Source of the DNA: an uncultured virus (IMG/VR IMGVR_UViG_3300028734_000015)
Lineage: Duplodnaviria > Heunggongvirae > Uroviricota > Caudoviricetes
Reading direction: 5' to 3' (one strand)
Virus record (IMG/VR): IMGVR_UViG_3300028734_000015
Length of the DNA: 64,000 nt
Shown piece after piece: positions 28,085 through 38,646 of this stretch; within the stretch, counting starts at the first letter, position 1; each line of letters opens with the position of its first letter. The position numbers were made by a program, and so were the translations under genes. The notes below the pieces were generated by a model, which was not told where the DNA came from, ran no database searches, and worked only from the letters and a program-made list of their open reading frames with translations.

Positions 28085-28813
28085 ATGAAATATATAGAGT
28101 TACAAAAAGCATTTGAATTTGGTATTGGATCAATAGACAAGGTATCTGATAGAAAAATTAGTAGTGATGATATATTTTACTGGATAAATCTTGGAGTAAA
28201 AAAGTTTGTTACAGAAAGAGTGGATAGTTCAATCCAAAAAGATGAAGTTCTTACTGAAGATCTAAGTACTCTAGTTACTACAATGCAATTCAAGAGTACT
28301 GATAGTCGCTTCAAATTTACTTCTCCAAATAAAACAGTTATAAGTTATAAGGCCGATGGAATAGATCCTCTAACATTATCCGTAATAAAAAATGACTATT
28401 GGTATACAGTTGGGGAAAACATATACATAGTATCTACAGACTCTAAATGGCCAAAAGATGCAGCAGGTGCTGCTATCGTAAAAGTAGTAGATGCATTAGA
28501 GTGTACTATAGAAAATGTTACTAGTAGACTAAATAATAGTTTATCTGATCATATATTACACAATAATGATGCTAGACCATTAAGAATCTATACCGATAAT
28601 AAAGTAACTTTATATACTGATGGCAACTATACTATTTCTAGTTATGAATTAGTATATATAAAAAGACCAAATGAAATAATCATAACAGATACGAATGCAT
28701 TTCTAGATTATACTGATATGCCTGATAGTACTCATGCTGAAATAGTAAAATTAGCAATAGAGTTATATCTACAAAGTTATAGAATAGAAAACCCTTCAAA
28801 TTCTAAGGGATAA
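28085..28813 (+). CDS. Tail ring protein
   Basis: ELQKAFE...YIKRP...HAEIVKLAI. Confidence 0.75.
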   Translation: MKYIELQKAFEFGIGSIDKVSDRKISSDDIFYWINLGVKKFVTERVDSSIQKDEVLTEDLSTLVTTMQFKSTDSRFKFTSPNKTVISYKADGIDPLTLSVIKNDYWYTVGENIYIVSTDSKWPKDAAGAAIVKVVDALECTIENVTSRLNNSLSDHILHNNDARPLRIYTDNKVTLYTDGNYTISSYELVYIKRPNEIIITDTNAFLDYTDMPDSTHAEIVKLAIELYLQSYRIENPSNSKG

Positions 28814-28919
28814 TATAGAATTAATCTCAGTTTAGTCTAACGTGGAAATCTTTTAGCGAAAGTAGAGCGACTGGACAAAGTTAAGCTGGATAATCGTTTA
28901 ACAATAATAAAAATAAAAA

Positions 28920-29867
28920 ATGTTACAAAAACCAAACACAGTATTCGTTGCAAAAAAATTCAACGCCGCTGGATCTAGCTTTATTGCTGGAGATGTAAGA
29001 GTAATTGATGCTTCTACTGGAGCAGTAATAGATTTATCTACTACTAACGCAATTACTGCAAATGCTATACAATTAGAATTTAAGAAATTTGACAATACAG
29101 TTACAAAATCGGCTGTAATTGGGAAGACGAACATTACTCATATGACTGCTGATGCTGATGGTTCGTATGTTGCTAAAACAGTTGCTTCTTCTACTATTGA
29201 TTTTACCAATGTTGTTCCAGTTATTGGACATCGTTATGTAATTCGTTGTATCTATAGAGATATCTACGAACATCCAGGACAGTTTACTCATTCTTATGAA
29301 TATATTGCAAAAACTATTGCCCCTGCTGATCTTGCTATCGCTTTTAATGCAATTATAAATGCAAGTACAAGTGCAAGAGTGACTTCTACAATTGCATTAG
29401 ATGTTATTACGTTAACTGCAAAAAGTGTTACTGATAATGGATTTGGAACTCAAGGTAAAGAAGCAATTACTCCTTATTCTCAAGTTCAAATGAGGGTAGT
29501 TGCCTATACTACTAATCCTGCTTCGCAATTTAATAGTGCAAAAGATGCAATTACTGGATTAGTTATTACCAATATAGAAAGTAAACCAGGAAAAGGTAAT
29601 CCATATATTGTTAGAGATCGCGAACAGGCAGCTCTTGGTTATAAAGGTATTACATACCGTACTGAGTTCCCAGTCATTAAACCTGAATTAAATGTTGATC
29701 TTACTGCAACTTATGATACATTAGTTATTGAATTTAATAAACAATATCAAAGTCCAGATAATCAATATGTTAAATTTACTGATTTGGCCGCTGAAATTTA
29801 TATTGTTGCTGGAGCTACTGCAAGTGCGGAGACCCTAGGAGACAAAATTAGAGCTTGGATAGCTTAA
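28920..29867 (+). CDS. Auxiliary capsid / major structural protein
   Basis: 315 aa after ring genes, followed by a terminator; crAss-like synteny. Confidence 0.65.
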   Translation: MLQKPNTVFVAKKFNAAGSSFIAGDVRVIDASTGAVIDLSTTNAITANAIQLEFKKFDNTVTKSAVIGKTNITHMTADADGSYVAKTVASSTIDFTNVVPVIGHRYVIRCIYRDIYEHPGQFTHSYEYIAKTIAPADLAIAFNAIINASTSARVTSTIALDVITLTAKSVTDNGFGTQGKEAITPYSQVQMRVVAYTTNPASQFNSAKDAITGLVITNIESKPGKGNPYIVRDREQAALGYKGITYRTEFPVIKPELNVDLTATYDTLVIEFNKQYQSPDNQYVKFTDLAAEIYIVAGATASAETLGDKIRAWIA

Positions 29868-29883
29868 TTATCAAAACAAAATT

Positions 29884-29917
29884 GGGGCAGTCTTTATTAG
29901 GTTGCCCCTTTTTTTTA
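29884..29917 (+). terminator. Intrinsic terminator
   Basis: GGGGCAGTC...GGTTGCCCC followed by a T run. Confidence 0.85.
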
Positions 29918-29930
29918 AAAACTAGATAAA

Positions 29931-30395
29931 ATGAATACAGTAAAAATAATATCAAGTGGTATTCAGCCAGATTTGTCTGAATCATCTTTATGGTTAGATC
30001 TAAGTGAAAATCCAAATGGTGGAGTATTAAAAATAAGTAATGGTGCATCATGGGCCCAGGTTGGTTCTGGGGCTACACCAGTTCCAGTAGTATCTAGTGG
30101 TGTATTAAACACTTTTGGTGTATCTACTGGTAGTACTGCTAATGCTCAAATAGTTACTATTCCTGAGGCTATAACTGAATATAAACCTGGGATGCAAATT
30201 TCATATATTCCAACAGCAGGTAATACTAGTTCTATAGTATCATTTAATGTCAATGGGGTTGGTCCGTTTTTAATCAAAAAGGCTAATATGGTTGGTGGAA
30301 TAGATGATATAACAGTCATGGCTATCCTTCCTGGAATAATGGCTACATTAATATTTGATGGGTCTAATTTTAGATTACAAAATCCAAATTCGTAA
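29931..30395 (+). CDS. Putative fibre/structural protein
   Basis: 154 aa, beta-rich. Confidence 0.6.
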   Translation: MNTVKIISSGIQPDLSESSLWLDLSENPNGGVLKISNGASWAQVGSGATPVPVVSSGVLNTFGVSTGSTANAQIVTIPEAITEYKPGMQISYIPTAGNTSSIVSFNVNGVGPFLIKKANMVGGIDDITVMAILPGIMATLIFDGSNFRLQNPNS

Positions 30396-30399
30396 TTAA

Positions 30400-30765
30400 A
30401 TGAAAAAATATCAAGGAGAGGATATCTCATTCTCGTTAAATTTTAATACATCTACAAATTCTGATATATCTAGTTTTAATGATCTATATAATGTATTAGT
30501 ATATGCTTATACTAATGAGGATAATGTTGCTAAGTTCTCTAGAGTAATCAAGGATGGTTATGAGTTGTTGGTTGATCCAGATGGACATGGATTGATTCTA
30601 AAAGGTGTAATATCTAGTGAATATACAAAAGAGATGAATGGCCAGATAATTCTTGATGTAATGTGTATTAAAACCGTTACAGATGGAGATTTAACTGAGA
30701 ATATAATACAAAAAGCACTTTCTGGTATATTTATAGTACCAACAGTTATTAAAGCAGAGGCATAA
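30400..30765 (+). CDS. Putative fibre-attachment protein
   Basis: MKKYQGEDISFSL N-terminus; TAATG-coupled to the fibre gene. Confidence 0.55.
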   Translation: MKKYQGEDISFSLNFNTSTNSDISSFNDLYNVLVYAYTNEDNVAKFSRVIKDGYELLVDPDGHGLILKGVISSEYTKEMNGQIILDVMCIKTVTDGDLTENIIQKALSGIFIVPTVIKAEA

Positions 30766-33700
30766 TGGATATAGAATTAATAGTATCGCCGGTATATGAA
30801 GATATAATAATCCCAGTAACAGTACAAACTACTGATTTTATTATTGATCTTGATACCCAAGTAATAGATTTAAATATAGACGTTGCTATAGGAGGCCAAA
30901 ATGGATTGCCAGGAAAAGATGGAGAAACACTATGGGAAGAATTTGACTCTGAGATAATTAATAATTCCATTAGATTTGGAAGATTATATAATTACTATGC
31001 AATATCAAATCCATTATTCCCACCAATAGGATGGAGAGTTCCTACTTATGAAGACCTATTAGAGTTATATAATTTTTGTGGATACCAACAAGCCGGTAAA
31101 TTAAAAGACACTAGATCTGATGCATGGTCCGGGAATAGAAGCAATGATACGAATTCTTTAAAACTATCTGTTTTGGGAGCTGGAACTAAATCTGCATCAG
31201 CGACTTTAAATAACGGATTCATGCAGTTGTTCACTAGAAGTTATTTTGCATCTACTACTGCTACCGGAGATACATTTTCTAATCTAATAATGATGTCGGA
31301 TGATAGAGATCTTGGTTTCATAGACATGAATAAGCACGATGGAGTTTCGGTTAGACTTGTAAAGATTAATGGATTAAATACTGGTGATATAACAGATCTA
31401 AATGGGAATACATATAATTCAGTTACTATTGGAAATCAAGTTTGGTTGAAACAAAACTGGGCATGCACAAAATATAATGATGGGACATTAATTGGTAGTG
31501 ACTTTACAAATACTAATGGAGCCGTTGCTGCATTCAATAATGGCGAAACGGCTGTATTTTATTCTGAAGATTTAATAGATTCAACACATATAAAGCCACT
31601 CAATAATAAAAGAATATATGCTACAATAATTGATGGATTACCAGAGTATACTAGTCAAATACAATCTGATTATAGTCAGACAAATATAAACAAATTAGAC
31701 TATATAAAGAATAAGCCAGTAATGCCTTCTTTAACTGGATATGCGACAGAATTATTCGTTACTGGTATAACTGACACAAAAGAGGATAAAGGTGTCGCAA
31801 AAGGGCTTATAACAGCTCTAGGACTAGGCACAGTAGCTACTCATAATTATACAGAATTTGCATTAACGTTGACTGACGATGAAAATTATATAACTGATTT
31901 AGAGAAGTCAAATTTACATGCCCCTCACAGTGATGATCAAGATCTATCTGGGTTAGTAGTAAAAGAAGGAGGTAAAAGTCTTGTATTAGATACTGAGATA
32001 GCTAAAATACATTTATCACATTCTGATGATCAGGATTTAAGTCCTTATCAACTATTATCAGATAAAGGGATTAATAATGGATATACTCCACTAGATTCCG
32101 GAGGAAAGGTGGCTCTACAATATTTACCATCTACATTATTAAAATATATCAGTACCTGGGACGTAAATAGTAATATACCTTCCCTATCATCTCCAGATCT
32201 AACTAAAGTTAGTAATGTGTATACTGTTATTGGAACTGGAACTAGATTTGGGCTATCTTTTAAACCTGGAGATTGGTTGATTTATAATTCTAATGGGATA
32301 CCTGAGAAATCAGATAACTCTGATGATGTAGTATCAGTAAATAGCCAAACTGGCATAGTATCTATTACCCCTGATAACTTGGGATTATTGATAGGCAGGG
32401 ATGTATTAGCGTATAGAACTTTTGGGTCTGCATCAAATAACAATACAAATGATTTTATACTAAATCAAAGTGTATCAGCCCAAGATGGAAGTTTATGGAT
32501 TAATGGGAAAGGTAAATTTGATGGTGGAGTTGAAATAAATAATAGTTCGTCTGTAGGGTCATCATATACTCATTATCTTTATACTGGTATGACTGAATGG
32601 TCTGCCGGTATAGATAATGTAGATGGATCTTATAAATTATCTGCTACAAATGGTTTTAATAATGGTAATATATGGTTTACAATAGGTCATTTTGGTGCTG
32701 CAAATTTTGTTTCTACACTTACTGCCTCTAATCTTTCAAATACTAATACTGGTGATGAAACAACTTTAAGTATAAAAACTAAACTAGGAGTTGCTAACAC
32801 TACCGATTCTGGGTATGTAACTAGTATTGACTGGAATATATTTAATGATAAAGTGTCATTTCCTGGGTTTGGTACTACACATGTATTATCAGCTTATGGT
32901 GATCATTTACATACTGGTGTATACCAACCAGTAGGAAATTATTTGACATCATTTACTGAGACTGATCCAATATTTACTGCGTGGAATAAAAGTACAGGTA
33001 TAACTATAACTAAATCACAAATAACTGATTTTCCGACTATTCCATCTTCACAAGTTCAAACAGATTGGAATGCTACATCTGGAATAGGAGTATTACTAAA
33101 TAAACCTACTCAGTTATCCCAATTTACAAATAATTTAGGTAATTACGGTAATTGGATAACAGGAATTAATAGTGGAATGGTAACTACTGCATTAGGTTAT
33201 ATACCATATAATTCAACTAATCCATCAGGTTATATTAATTCTCTTTCAGGTGCAGTATTAGTTAATCAATCAACACCACAAACAATAGGTTCAAGTGCAA
33301 GTCGATTGGGTAAATTGTGGGCTACAGATGCAGAGTTCTCCAACACCCCAACTATTGCAGGAGTATCTTTAGATTCTAAGTATATCCAAAACAATCCTGC
33401 AACCACTCAAAGTGGGAGTATATGGGTGGATGGAAGGATAAGAGGCAATAGAATAGATAATTACGACCCTACATTAACAGCTAGCGATGATATAGCATAT
33501 TCGATAGGGAAACAATTCGGGAGCGGAACTTCTGGATCTCTTGGTTGGAAAAACAACTCAGGAGTACCTTATATGTATATCGAGACATACGGAGGAGTAA
33601 CTCCAATCAGTATTCTTGGTAGCAATTTTAATGTCAGCGCATCAGGTTCAGCAACATTTGCATCAACAGTTTATGCTAATAATTTTATCGTTGCAGCTTC

Positions 33701-34205
33701 ATATCTTAATGATTCAAAATTATATTTAGGAGGAATTCCAGGTGTTTCTTGGGGTTATACTATAGATACTTTATCAAGTGGTTTAAATTTTAAATCAGCA
33801 AACGGTACATCTAAATTAATTAAATTTGATGATAGTGGGAATATAAACACAGATGGAACAGTTAATGCAACTCAATTTAATGGTTCGGCATTAGGTTTAT
33901 TAGATGTTTATAATGTCCCAGTTCGTGAAATTGTTCCTTCTGCATTTGTAATAGATTTGTCTAGTGGTGAAGATTTTACTAAAACTCTTGGAACTAATTC
34001 AGCATTTACTATATCCAATCCTATTATTAAAAAACCTTTTAGATTAATACTCACAGGTGGAACAATTGCCACTGTAATGTTTACAGGATATACTGTTAAT
34101 TGGATAGCGTTGGATTTACAAACTGATTATATACCTGCACAAATTAATTATTTATATTGTGAAATTCGTAGTACTAATCAAATATATGTTTTTTGGGGGA
34201 GTTAA
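30765..34205 (+). CDS. Tail fibre with FISUMP (Fib_succ_major)-like domain
   Basis: 1146 aa mosaic; GRLYNYYA, GWRVPT, VTIGNQVW; fibre repeats QSDY/QTDW, HSDDQDLS x2. Confidence 0.8.
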   Translation: MDIELIVSPVYEDIIIPVTVQTTDFIIDLDTQVIDLNIDVAIGGQNGLPGKDGETLWEEFDSEIINNSIRFGRLYNYYAISNPLFPPIGWRVPTYEDLLELYNFCGYQQAGKLKDTRSDAWSGNRSNDTNSLKLSVLGAGTKSASATLNNGFMQLFTRSYFASTTATGDTFSNLIMMSDDRDLGFIDMNKHDGVSVRLVKINGLNTGDITDLNGNTYNSVTIGNQVWLKQNWACTKYNDGTLIGSDFTNTNGAVAAFNNGETAVFYSEDLIDSTHIKPLNNKRIYATIIDGLPEYTSQIQSDYSQTNINKLDYIKNKPVMPSLTGYATELFVTGITDTKEDKGVAKGLITALGLGTVATHNYTEFALTLTDDENYITDLEKSNLHAPHSDDQDLSGLVVKEGGKSLVLDTEIAKIHLSHSDDQDLSPYQLLSDKGINNGYTPLDSGGKVALQYLPSTLLKYISTWDVNSNIPSLSSPDLTKVSNVYTVIGTGTRFGLSFKPGDWLIYNSNGIPEKSDNSDDVVSVNSQTGIVSITPDNLGLLIGRDVLAYRTFGSASNNNTNDFILNQSVSAQDGSLWINGKGKFDGGVEINNSSSVGSSYTHYLYTGMTEWSAGIDNVDGSYKLSATNGFNNGNIWFTIGHFGAANFVSTLTASNLSNTNTGDETTLSIKTKLGVANTTDSGYVTSIDWNIFNDKVSFPGFGTTHVLSAYGDHLHTGVYQPVGNYLTSFTETDPIFTAWNKSTGITITKSQITDFPTIPSSQVQTDWNATSGIGVLLNKPTQLSQFTNNLGNYGNWITGINSGMVTTALGYIPYNSTNPSGYINSLSGAVLVNQSTPQTIGSSASRLGKLWATDAEFSNTPTIAGVSLDSKYIQNNPATTQSGSIWVDGRIRGNRIDNYDPTLTASDDIAYSIGKQFGSGTSGSLGWKNNSGVPYMYIETYGGVTPISILGSNFNVSASGSATFASTVYANNFIVAASYLNDSKLYLGGIPGVSWGYTIDTLSSGLNFKSANGTSKLIKFDDSGNINTDGTVNATQFNGSALGLLDVYNVPVREIVPSAFVIDLSSGEDFTKTLGTNSAFTISNPIIKKPFRLILTGGTIATVMFTGYTVNWIALDLQTDYIPAQINYLYCEIRSTNQIYVFWGS

Positions 34206-34207
34206 TT

Positions 34208-34876
34208 ATGAATAGACAGTATTATAATGCACAGTTATTAAAGAAGAAACCTTATAGAGGAGATAATAATAGTATTAAATTTATAGGTGTTGAATCAACT
34301 TATAATTTATTATCCTTATCAACTACATGTAATAAACCTAATGGTACTATAGATGGAGATTTATTAATTGCTTTTGTACATACTATAAATAGTACTACAT
34401 TTTGTACTCAACCTAGTGAGTGGTTTATGTTTACAGGATATGATTATTTAGGACATAGATTAAGAGTTTATTGGAAACCTGCATCTTCTGAATTAACTTC
34501 CTATAATTTTACATTTCAAGAAAGTGCTGAAAATAGAATAACTATATGTTCATACAGAAATGTAAATATTACTACTCCACAATTAGGTTTTGTAATAAAA
34601 GGAAGTTCTACAGGTAATGGTAATAATTCTGTTGTATATACTAGAAAAAATGCTATGTTAGTATTTTCAACACATAAAAATAATAATGATATTGTTAATT
34701 GGATTCGTCCACAAGGTTTTGTTAAAGTGTATGATTCTGATTCTAGTTTATCATGTACTGTATCTAATAAGTTATTAAAAAACAATAATGATAATATTAA
34801 TATTATAAGTACACCTTCAATATCTACAGGTAGTAATATTTGTTTTAGTTTAACACTTAATCCAAAATATCCATAA
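34208..34876 (+). CDS. Fibre-associated protein
   Basis: ORF 34193-34876, likely start MNRQ; KPNGTIDGDLLIAFV; very AT-rich. Confidence 0.65.
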   Translation: MNRQYYNAQLLKKKPYRGDNNSIKFIGVESTYNLLSLSTTCNKPNGTIDGDLLIAFVHTINSTTFCTQPSEWFMFTGYDYLGHRLRVYWKPASSELTSYNFTFQESAENRITICSYRNVNITTPQLGFVIKGSSTGNGNNSVVYTRKNAMLVFSTHKNNNDIVNWIRPQGFVKVYDSDSSLSCTVSNKLLKNNNDNINIISTPSISTGSNICFSLTLNPKYP

Positions 34877-34887
34877 ATAAAAATATA

Positions 34888-35181
34888 ATGACAATATTAA
34901 ATACAGATATAAGTAAGTTTTCATTTGCAGAGTCAGTTAGTTCTAGTAATGGAAAAACATCTGGAAGTAAGGTAGCTGGGATGTTAGTAGTGTTCTCTGG
35001 TTGCTTGAGTTTTATAACTGGATCAATAGCATCTATTGCTAAAGATCCGAATGGAATTGCTCTAGCAGGAATAGCTGCTGGAGTTATAACCGCAGGGTTG
35101 GTAATGTTTGGTTATTCTAAAAAAAGAGATACTCTTGGAAAATCAGACGAAGAATCAAGTACTAATATTGATATTAAATGA
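34888..35181 (+). CDS. Putative holin (2 TM)
   Basis: Two hydrophobic helices, charged C-terminal tail, in the lysis cluster. Confidence 0.6.
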   Translation: MTILNTDISKFSFAESVSSSNGKTSGSKVAGMLVVFSGCLSFITGSIASIAKDPNGIALAGIAAGVITAGLVMFGYSKKRDTLGKSDEESSTNIDIK

Positions 35182-35218
35182 TAATAGTACTTTAACAAAT
35201 TAATTAAGTTACATAGAA

Positions 35219-35578
35219 ATGGTTCAAAAAAAGGAGGTCGAAGAAAAGAAACGGAAGTATACGAAAAGATCGGAAGATAAAAAATATATTTATATACATG
35301 AGGCAGATTATAATAAACAGACAGTTGCGGTTCCTGGTTTAAATTTCTCTCAAATAATTTCTTTATTAGGCCTATTAGCATTGCTTGGAGCTGCTTGGGT
35401 AGATCTGAGTGTTAAATTAGAAAGAATAGATGTCAAATATGATCAAAAAACAGAATTCCTTGAAAAAGGGAGAGTAGCAAATGTAAAATCAATCGAACAG
35501 AACAGAACAGAAAATAAACAAGAACATCAATTGATGTTAGACAAATTAGATTTGTTATTACAAAGAAGAAAAAATTAA
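35219..35578 (+). CDS. Single-TM lysis-cluster protein
   Basis: IISLLGLLALLGAAWV followed by coiled coil. Confidence 0.6.
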   Translation: MVQKKEVEEKKRKYTKRSEDKKYIYIHEADYNKQTVAVPGLNFSQIISLLGLLALLGAAWVDLSVKLERIDVKYDQKTEFLEKGRVANVKSIEQNRTENKQEHQLMLDKLDLLLQRRKN

Positions 35579-35581
35579 TAC

Positions 35582-36205
35582 ATGTTAAACAAAACAAAAT
35601 TGATACTATATATAATTGGGGGCATAATAATTGCCTCCAGTTATTTTGGTATAAAGGTCGCATATAATAAATATGTGGCCATGAAGACAGATATGCAATC
35701 TTATAGAAATAATCAAAGAGCATATGAAGATATTATATCTGGTAAAACTTCTGAAAATAGGGTTTTAAAGCTTTCTAATGCGGATTTAAAGCAGTCTAAT
35801 GATAAGTTAATACAATCTATGGATTCTATTAGAAAGACCTTTAAACACGCTAGTAATAAGCCGGGTGATGTATCTGCGGGTATTAATACAGTTATACACA
35901 ATACCGTTGGCGCGTTGTTAGTAAATAATGGTCAATGTGTAGTAGATACTACATTAAAACATAATGCTTTTACGTCTTCTAGGGTTATTTTAAAAGATAA
36001 TCATTTAAATGTCATACTTGATGTAAACAATACTGAGTATTTATACGTTTACACTACAAGTGAGTTTGTAAATGTGTATAAGAATGGATGGGTTAGATTC
36101 TGGCATTTTGATTGGCATAAGGAGGATATAGATAGATACGATATAAAGAATACTAATGATTTGATTAAAGTAGGAACCGTAAGGGTAGTTAAAATAAGAG
36201 AGTAA
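35582..36205 (+). CDS. Spanin-like protein
   Basis: N-terminal TM plus coiled coil, coupled to the endolysin gene. Confidence 0.55.
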   Translation: MLNKTKLILYIIGGIIIASSYFGIKVAYNKYVAMKTDMQSYRNNQRAYEDIISGKTSENRVLKLSNADLKQSNDKLIQSMDSIRKTFKHASNKPGDVSAGINTVIHNTVGALLVNNGQCVVDTTLKHNAFTSSRVILKDNHLNVILDVNNTEYLYVYTTSEFVNVYKNGWVRFWHFDWHKEDIDRYDIKNTNDLIKVGTVRVVKIRE

Positions 36206-36732
36206 TGATAATAACAAAAGAAAATCTAATTGACCTTTGTAATGGGAAACTGTCTGTTTCTAAATTAGATCTATTCTATCCCCTTCTATCTAAGTACATG
36301 GAAGAGTATGAAATAAATACCAAGAATAGAGAAATAGATTTTATATCTAATTTACTTGTAGAATCTGGTAGATTTGTATATACTAAAGAATTGGCATCTG
36401 GAAAGGCATATGAAGGAAGAAAAGATCTTGGGAATACATCAAAAGGGGATGGAGTAAAATACAAAGGTAGAGGATTAATTCAGATTACTGGTAAATTCAA
36501 TTACGAGAAACTATCTAAAGATTTTAATGTTGATTTAATATCTAAACCAGAATTACTAGAAACTCCTGACTTAGCCGTTAGATCTGCATGTTGGTTCTGG
36601 GTCTCTAAAAATTTAAACAGTTTAGCAGATTCAGATCAATTTGAAAAAATATGTATACGTATAAACGGAGGCCACAATGGTTATACTGAAAGAAAGTGGT
36701 ATCATGATGAATTAAATAAATTAATAGTATAA
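36205..36732 (+). CDS. Endolysin, glycoside hydrolase family 19
   Basis: YEGRKDLGN, YKGRGLIQITG, SACWFW, INGG motifs. Confidence 0.92.
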   Translation: MIITKENLIDLCNGKLSVSKLDLFYPLLSKYMEEYEINTKNREIDFISNLLVESGRFVYTKELASGKAYEGRKDLGNTSKGDGVKYKGRGLIQITGKFNYEKLSKDFNVDLISKPELLETPDLAVRSACWFWVSKNLNSLADSDQFEKICIRINGGHNGYTERKWYHDELNKLIV

Positions 36733-36736
36733 AAGT

Positions 36737-37435
36737 ATGATAAGTTTCAATTCCCTGAATACAATTATCGATGATATAATACTTGAGACTCGGAACAATT
36801 ATATATCTGAGAGTGAGTCTTTAAGTAAGGCCCAAGTAGAACAGTGGATAATTCAGTATAGATCTATGCTGATAAAACAAGATATAGATAAAGGAAGAGA
36901 AATAAATCCAGACTATATACAAGAGATAAATAACATATCTATAACAGATAAAGATGCATTAGGGAAACCTTTATCTAATTCTGGAATATGGATTGGTAAG
37001 ACAACTATAGAGATACCAAATGGAATAGATTTTCATTTTGCAGATAGTAAAGTTTCCATTGTAGACCAATACGACAATATTATACAAGTCACATCTGAGG
37101 CTAGAGCAAAAATGCAAAGCAAAAGACGATATACTAGTAATGATACTTTGGCATACGAACGAGACGGTTTAATATATTTAACGGGGCAAGGAGGTGTTTC
37201 GTCTATAACTATAAAAGGAGTTTTTGAAAATCCTTTAGATCCAGTATTTGGATTAACTGCAGATGATAGGTACCCAATGCCAGCAAACATGATAATTCCT
37301 TTAAAAGAATTAATAATAACTAAAGAGATAAATATTGTATCACTATCTGATGATACAAATAATTCAAATAATGATCTTACAAGGACTACATTAACCGCAA
37401 GGGATTATAAAAAGATTCAACGTGGTATCAAATAA
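36737..37435 (+). CDS. Tail ring protein
   Basis: SLNTIIDDI...WIIQYRSMLIKQDIDKG...GVFENP; crAss-like synteny. Confidence 0.7.
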   Translation: MISFNSLNTIIDDIILETRNNYISESESLSKAQVEQWIIQYRSMLIKQDIDKGREINPDYIQEINNISITDKDALGKPLSNSGIWIGKTTIEIPNGIDFHFADSKVSIVDQYDNIIQVTSEARAKMQSKRRYTSNDTLAYERDGLIYLTGQGGVSSITIKGVFENPLDPVFGLTADDRYPMPANMIIPLKELIITKEINIVSLSDDTNNSNNDLTRTTLTARDYKKIQRGIK

Positions 37436-37874
37436 ACATAAGTCATATACGCTGGATGACTACTTTAATTCTTATAAAGAATACACAAGTGGTAATTCAG
37501 CGTATATCGTTTCTAAGAAACAGTTTAATGCATTATTAAAAGATTACTTCTCTTTTCTATCTAGAGAGTTAATAGATAACGCAAAAGAAATAAGGTTACC
37601 TGCTAGAATGGGAACCTTATCAGTAGTTAAGAAAAAACCTAAAAGATATGATTTTACTTATCTTAGAGTTGATTTTCATAGTACAAAAGAATGTGAAAAA
37701 ACTATTTTACATTTAAATGAGCATTCCGATGGCTATAATTTTAGATTTTATTGGTGTAAAAAAGATATTTTAATATCAAATAAAAGTATGTACGAGTTAG
37801 TAATGTCTAGAGCGAACAAAAGGAAACTAGCTCATATGATAAAAGTAGAACATAAAGATTATATGGAGAAATAA
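37422..37874 (+). CDS. IHF-like protein
   Basis: IRLPARMGTLSVVKKKP pattern; position before ring and muzzle genes. Confidence 0.65.
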   Translation: MVSNKHKSYTLDDYFNSYKEYTSGNSAYIVSKKQFNALLKDYFSFLSRELIDNAKEIRLPARMGTLSVVKKKPKRYDFTYLRVDFHSTKECEKTILHLNEHSDGYNFRFYWCKKDILISNKSMYELVMSRANKRKLAHMIKVEHKDYMEK

Positions 37875-37875
37875 T

Positions 37876-38646
37876 ATGGTATATAAAATGATTTCATGCG
37901 ACCAAGTGATCGCAAAAGTTTTAGCCGATCTAGACATAAGGGAAGAAGCCATAAGGATTTCTGATATGAAGGAATGGTGCTCGGAGGCCGTTGAGAAGAT
38001 AGGTTCTGTTAAACAATTAAAAAGGAAGGTATCAGGATCTACAGGAACTCCTATTCTCAAGATAGTAGGACATCAGGTTGCACTTCCAACTGATATTCAT
38101 AGATTAAACAGTGTAGCGTGGTCTAACTCGGGTTCTGGAGGATGGATGCCAATGACGATAGCCACTGGCTCTTTTAGTGTTTGGTCCGATAAGGATATTC
38201 AAAATAATGATACAACAAACATGGGTATTGGTAGAAAACCGCAGGATTTAAAATATTCTATAAAGCCAGGTTATATTATGACTAATATACCTGATGGATA
38301 TCTTAAATTAAGTTATGATGCAATTTATACTGACGAAAATGGGTACCCAATGATTCCAGATATGATGTCTTACATAGAAGCTATATATTGGTATATTACT
38401 TTAAAGTTAAAATATCCAGAATATATGGCTGGAAGATTACAAAGGCAAATATACTACGATATGAAAACTTCGTGGAATTTTTATTGTAAACAAGCCTATG
38501 GAGACTCACTGATGCCAAATTCTGATGAAATGGAAACAATAAAGAATAATTGGATTAAATTAGTGCCAGATGTATATGCGAATAACAATGCATATGATAC
38601 GATAGGTGAAGTACAAAACATCAAATCTAATAACAATGGGTACTAA
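37876..38646 (+). CDS. Tail ring / tubular protein
   Basis: EWCSEAVEKIG, DENGYPMIPD, WNFYCKQAY. Confidence 0.75.
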   Translation: MVYKMISCDQVIAKVLADLDIREEAIRISDMKEWCSEAVEKIGSVKQLKRKVSGSTGTPILKIVGHQVALPTDIHRLNSVAWSNSGSGGWMPMTIATGSFSVWSDKDIQNNDTTNMGIGRKPQDLKYSIKPGYIMTNIPDGYLKLSYDAIYTDENGYPMIPDMMSYIEAIYWYITLKLKYPEYMAGRLQRQIYYDMKTSWNFYCKQAYGDSLMPNSDEMETIKNNWIKLVPDVYANNNAYDTIGEVQNIKSNNNGY

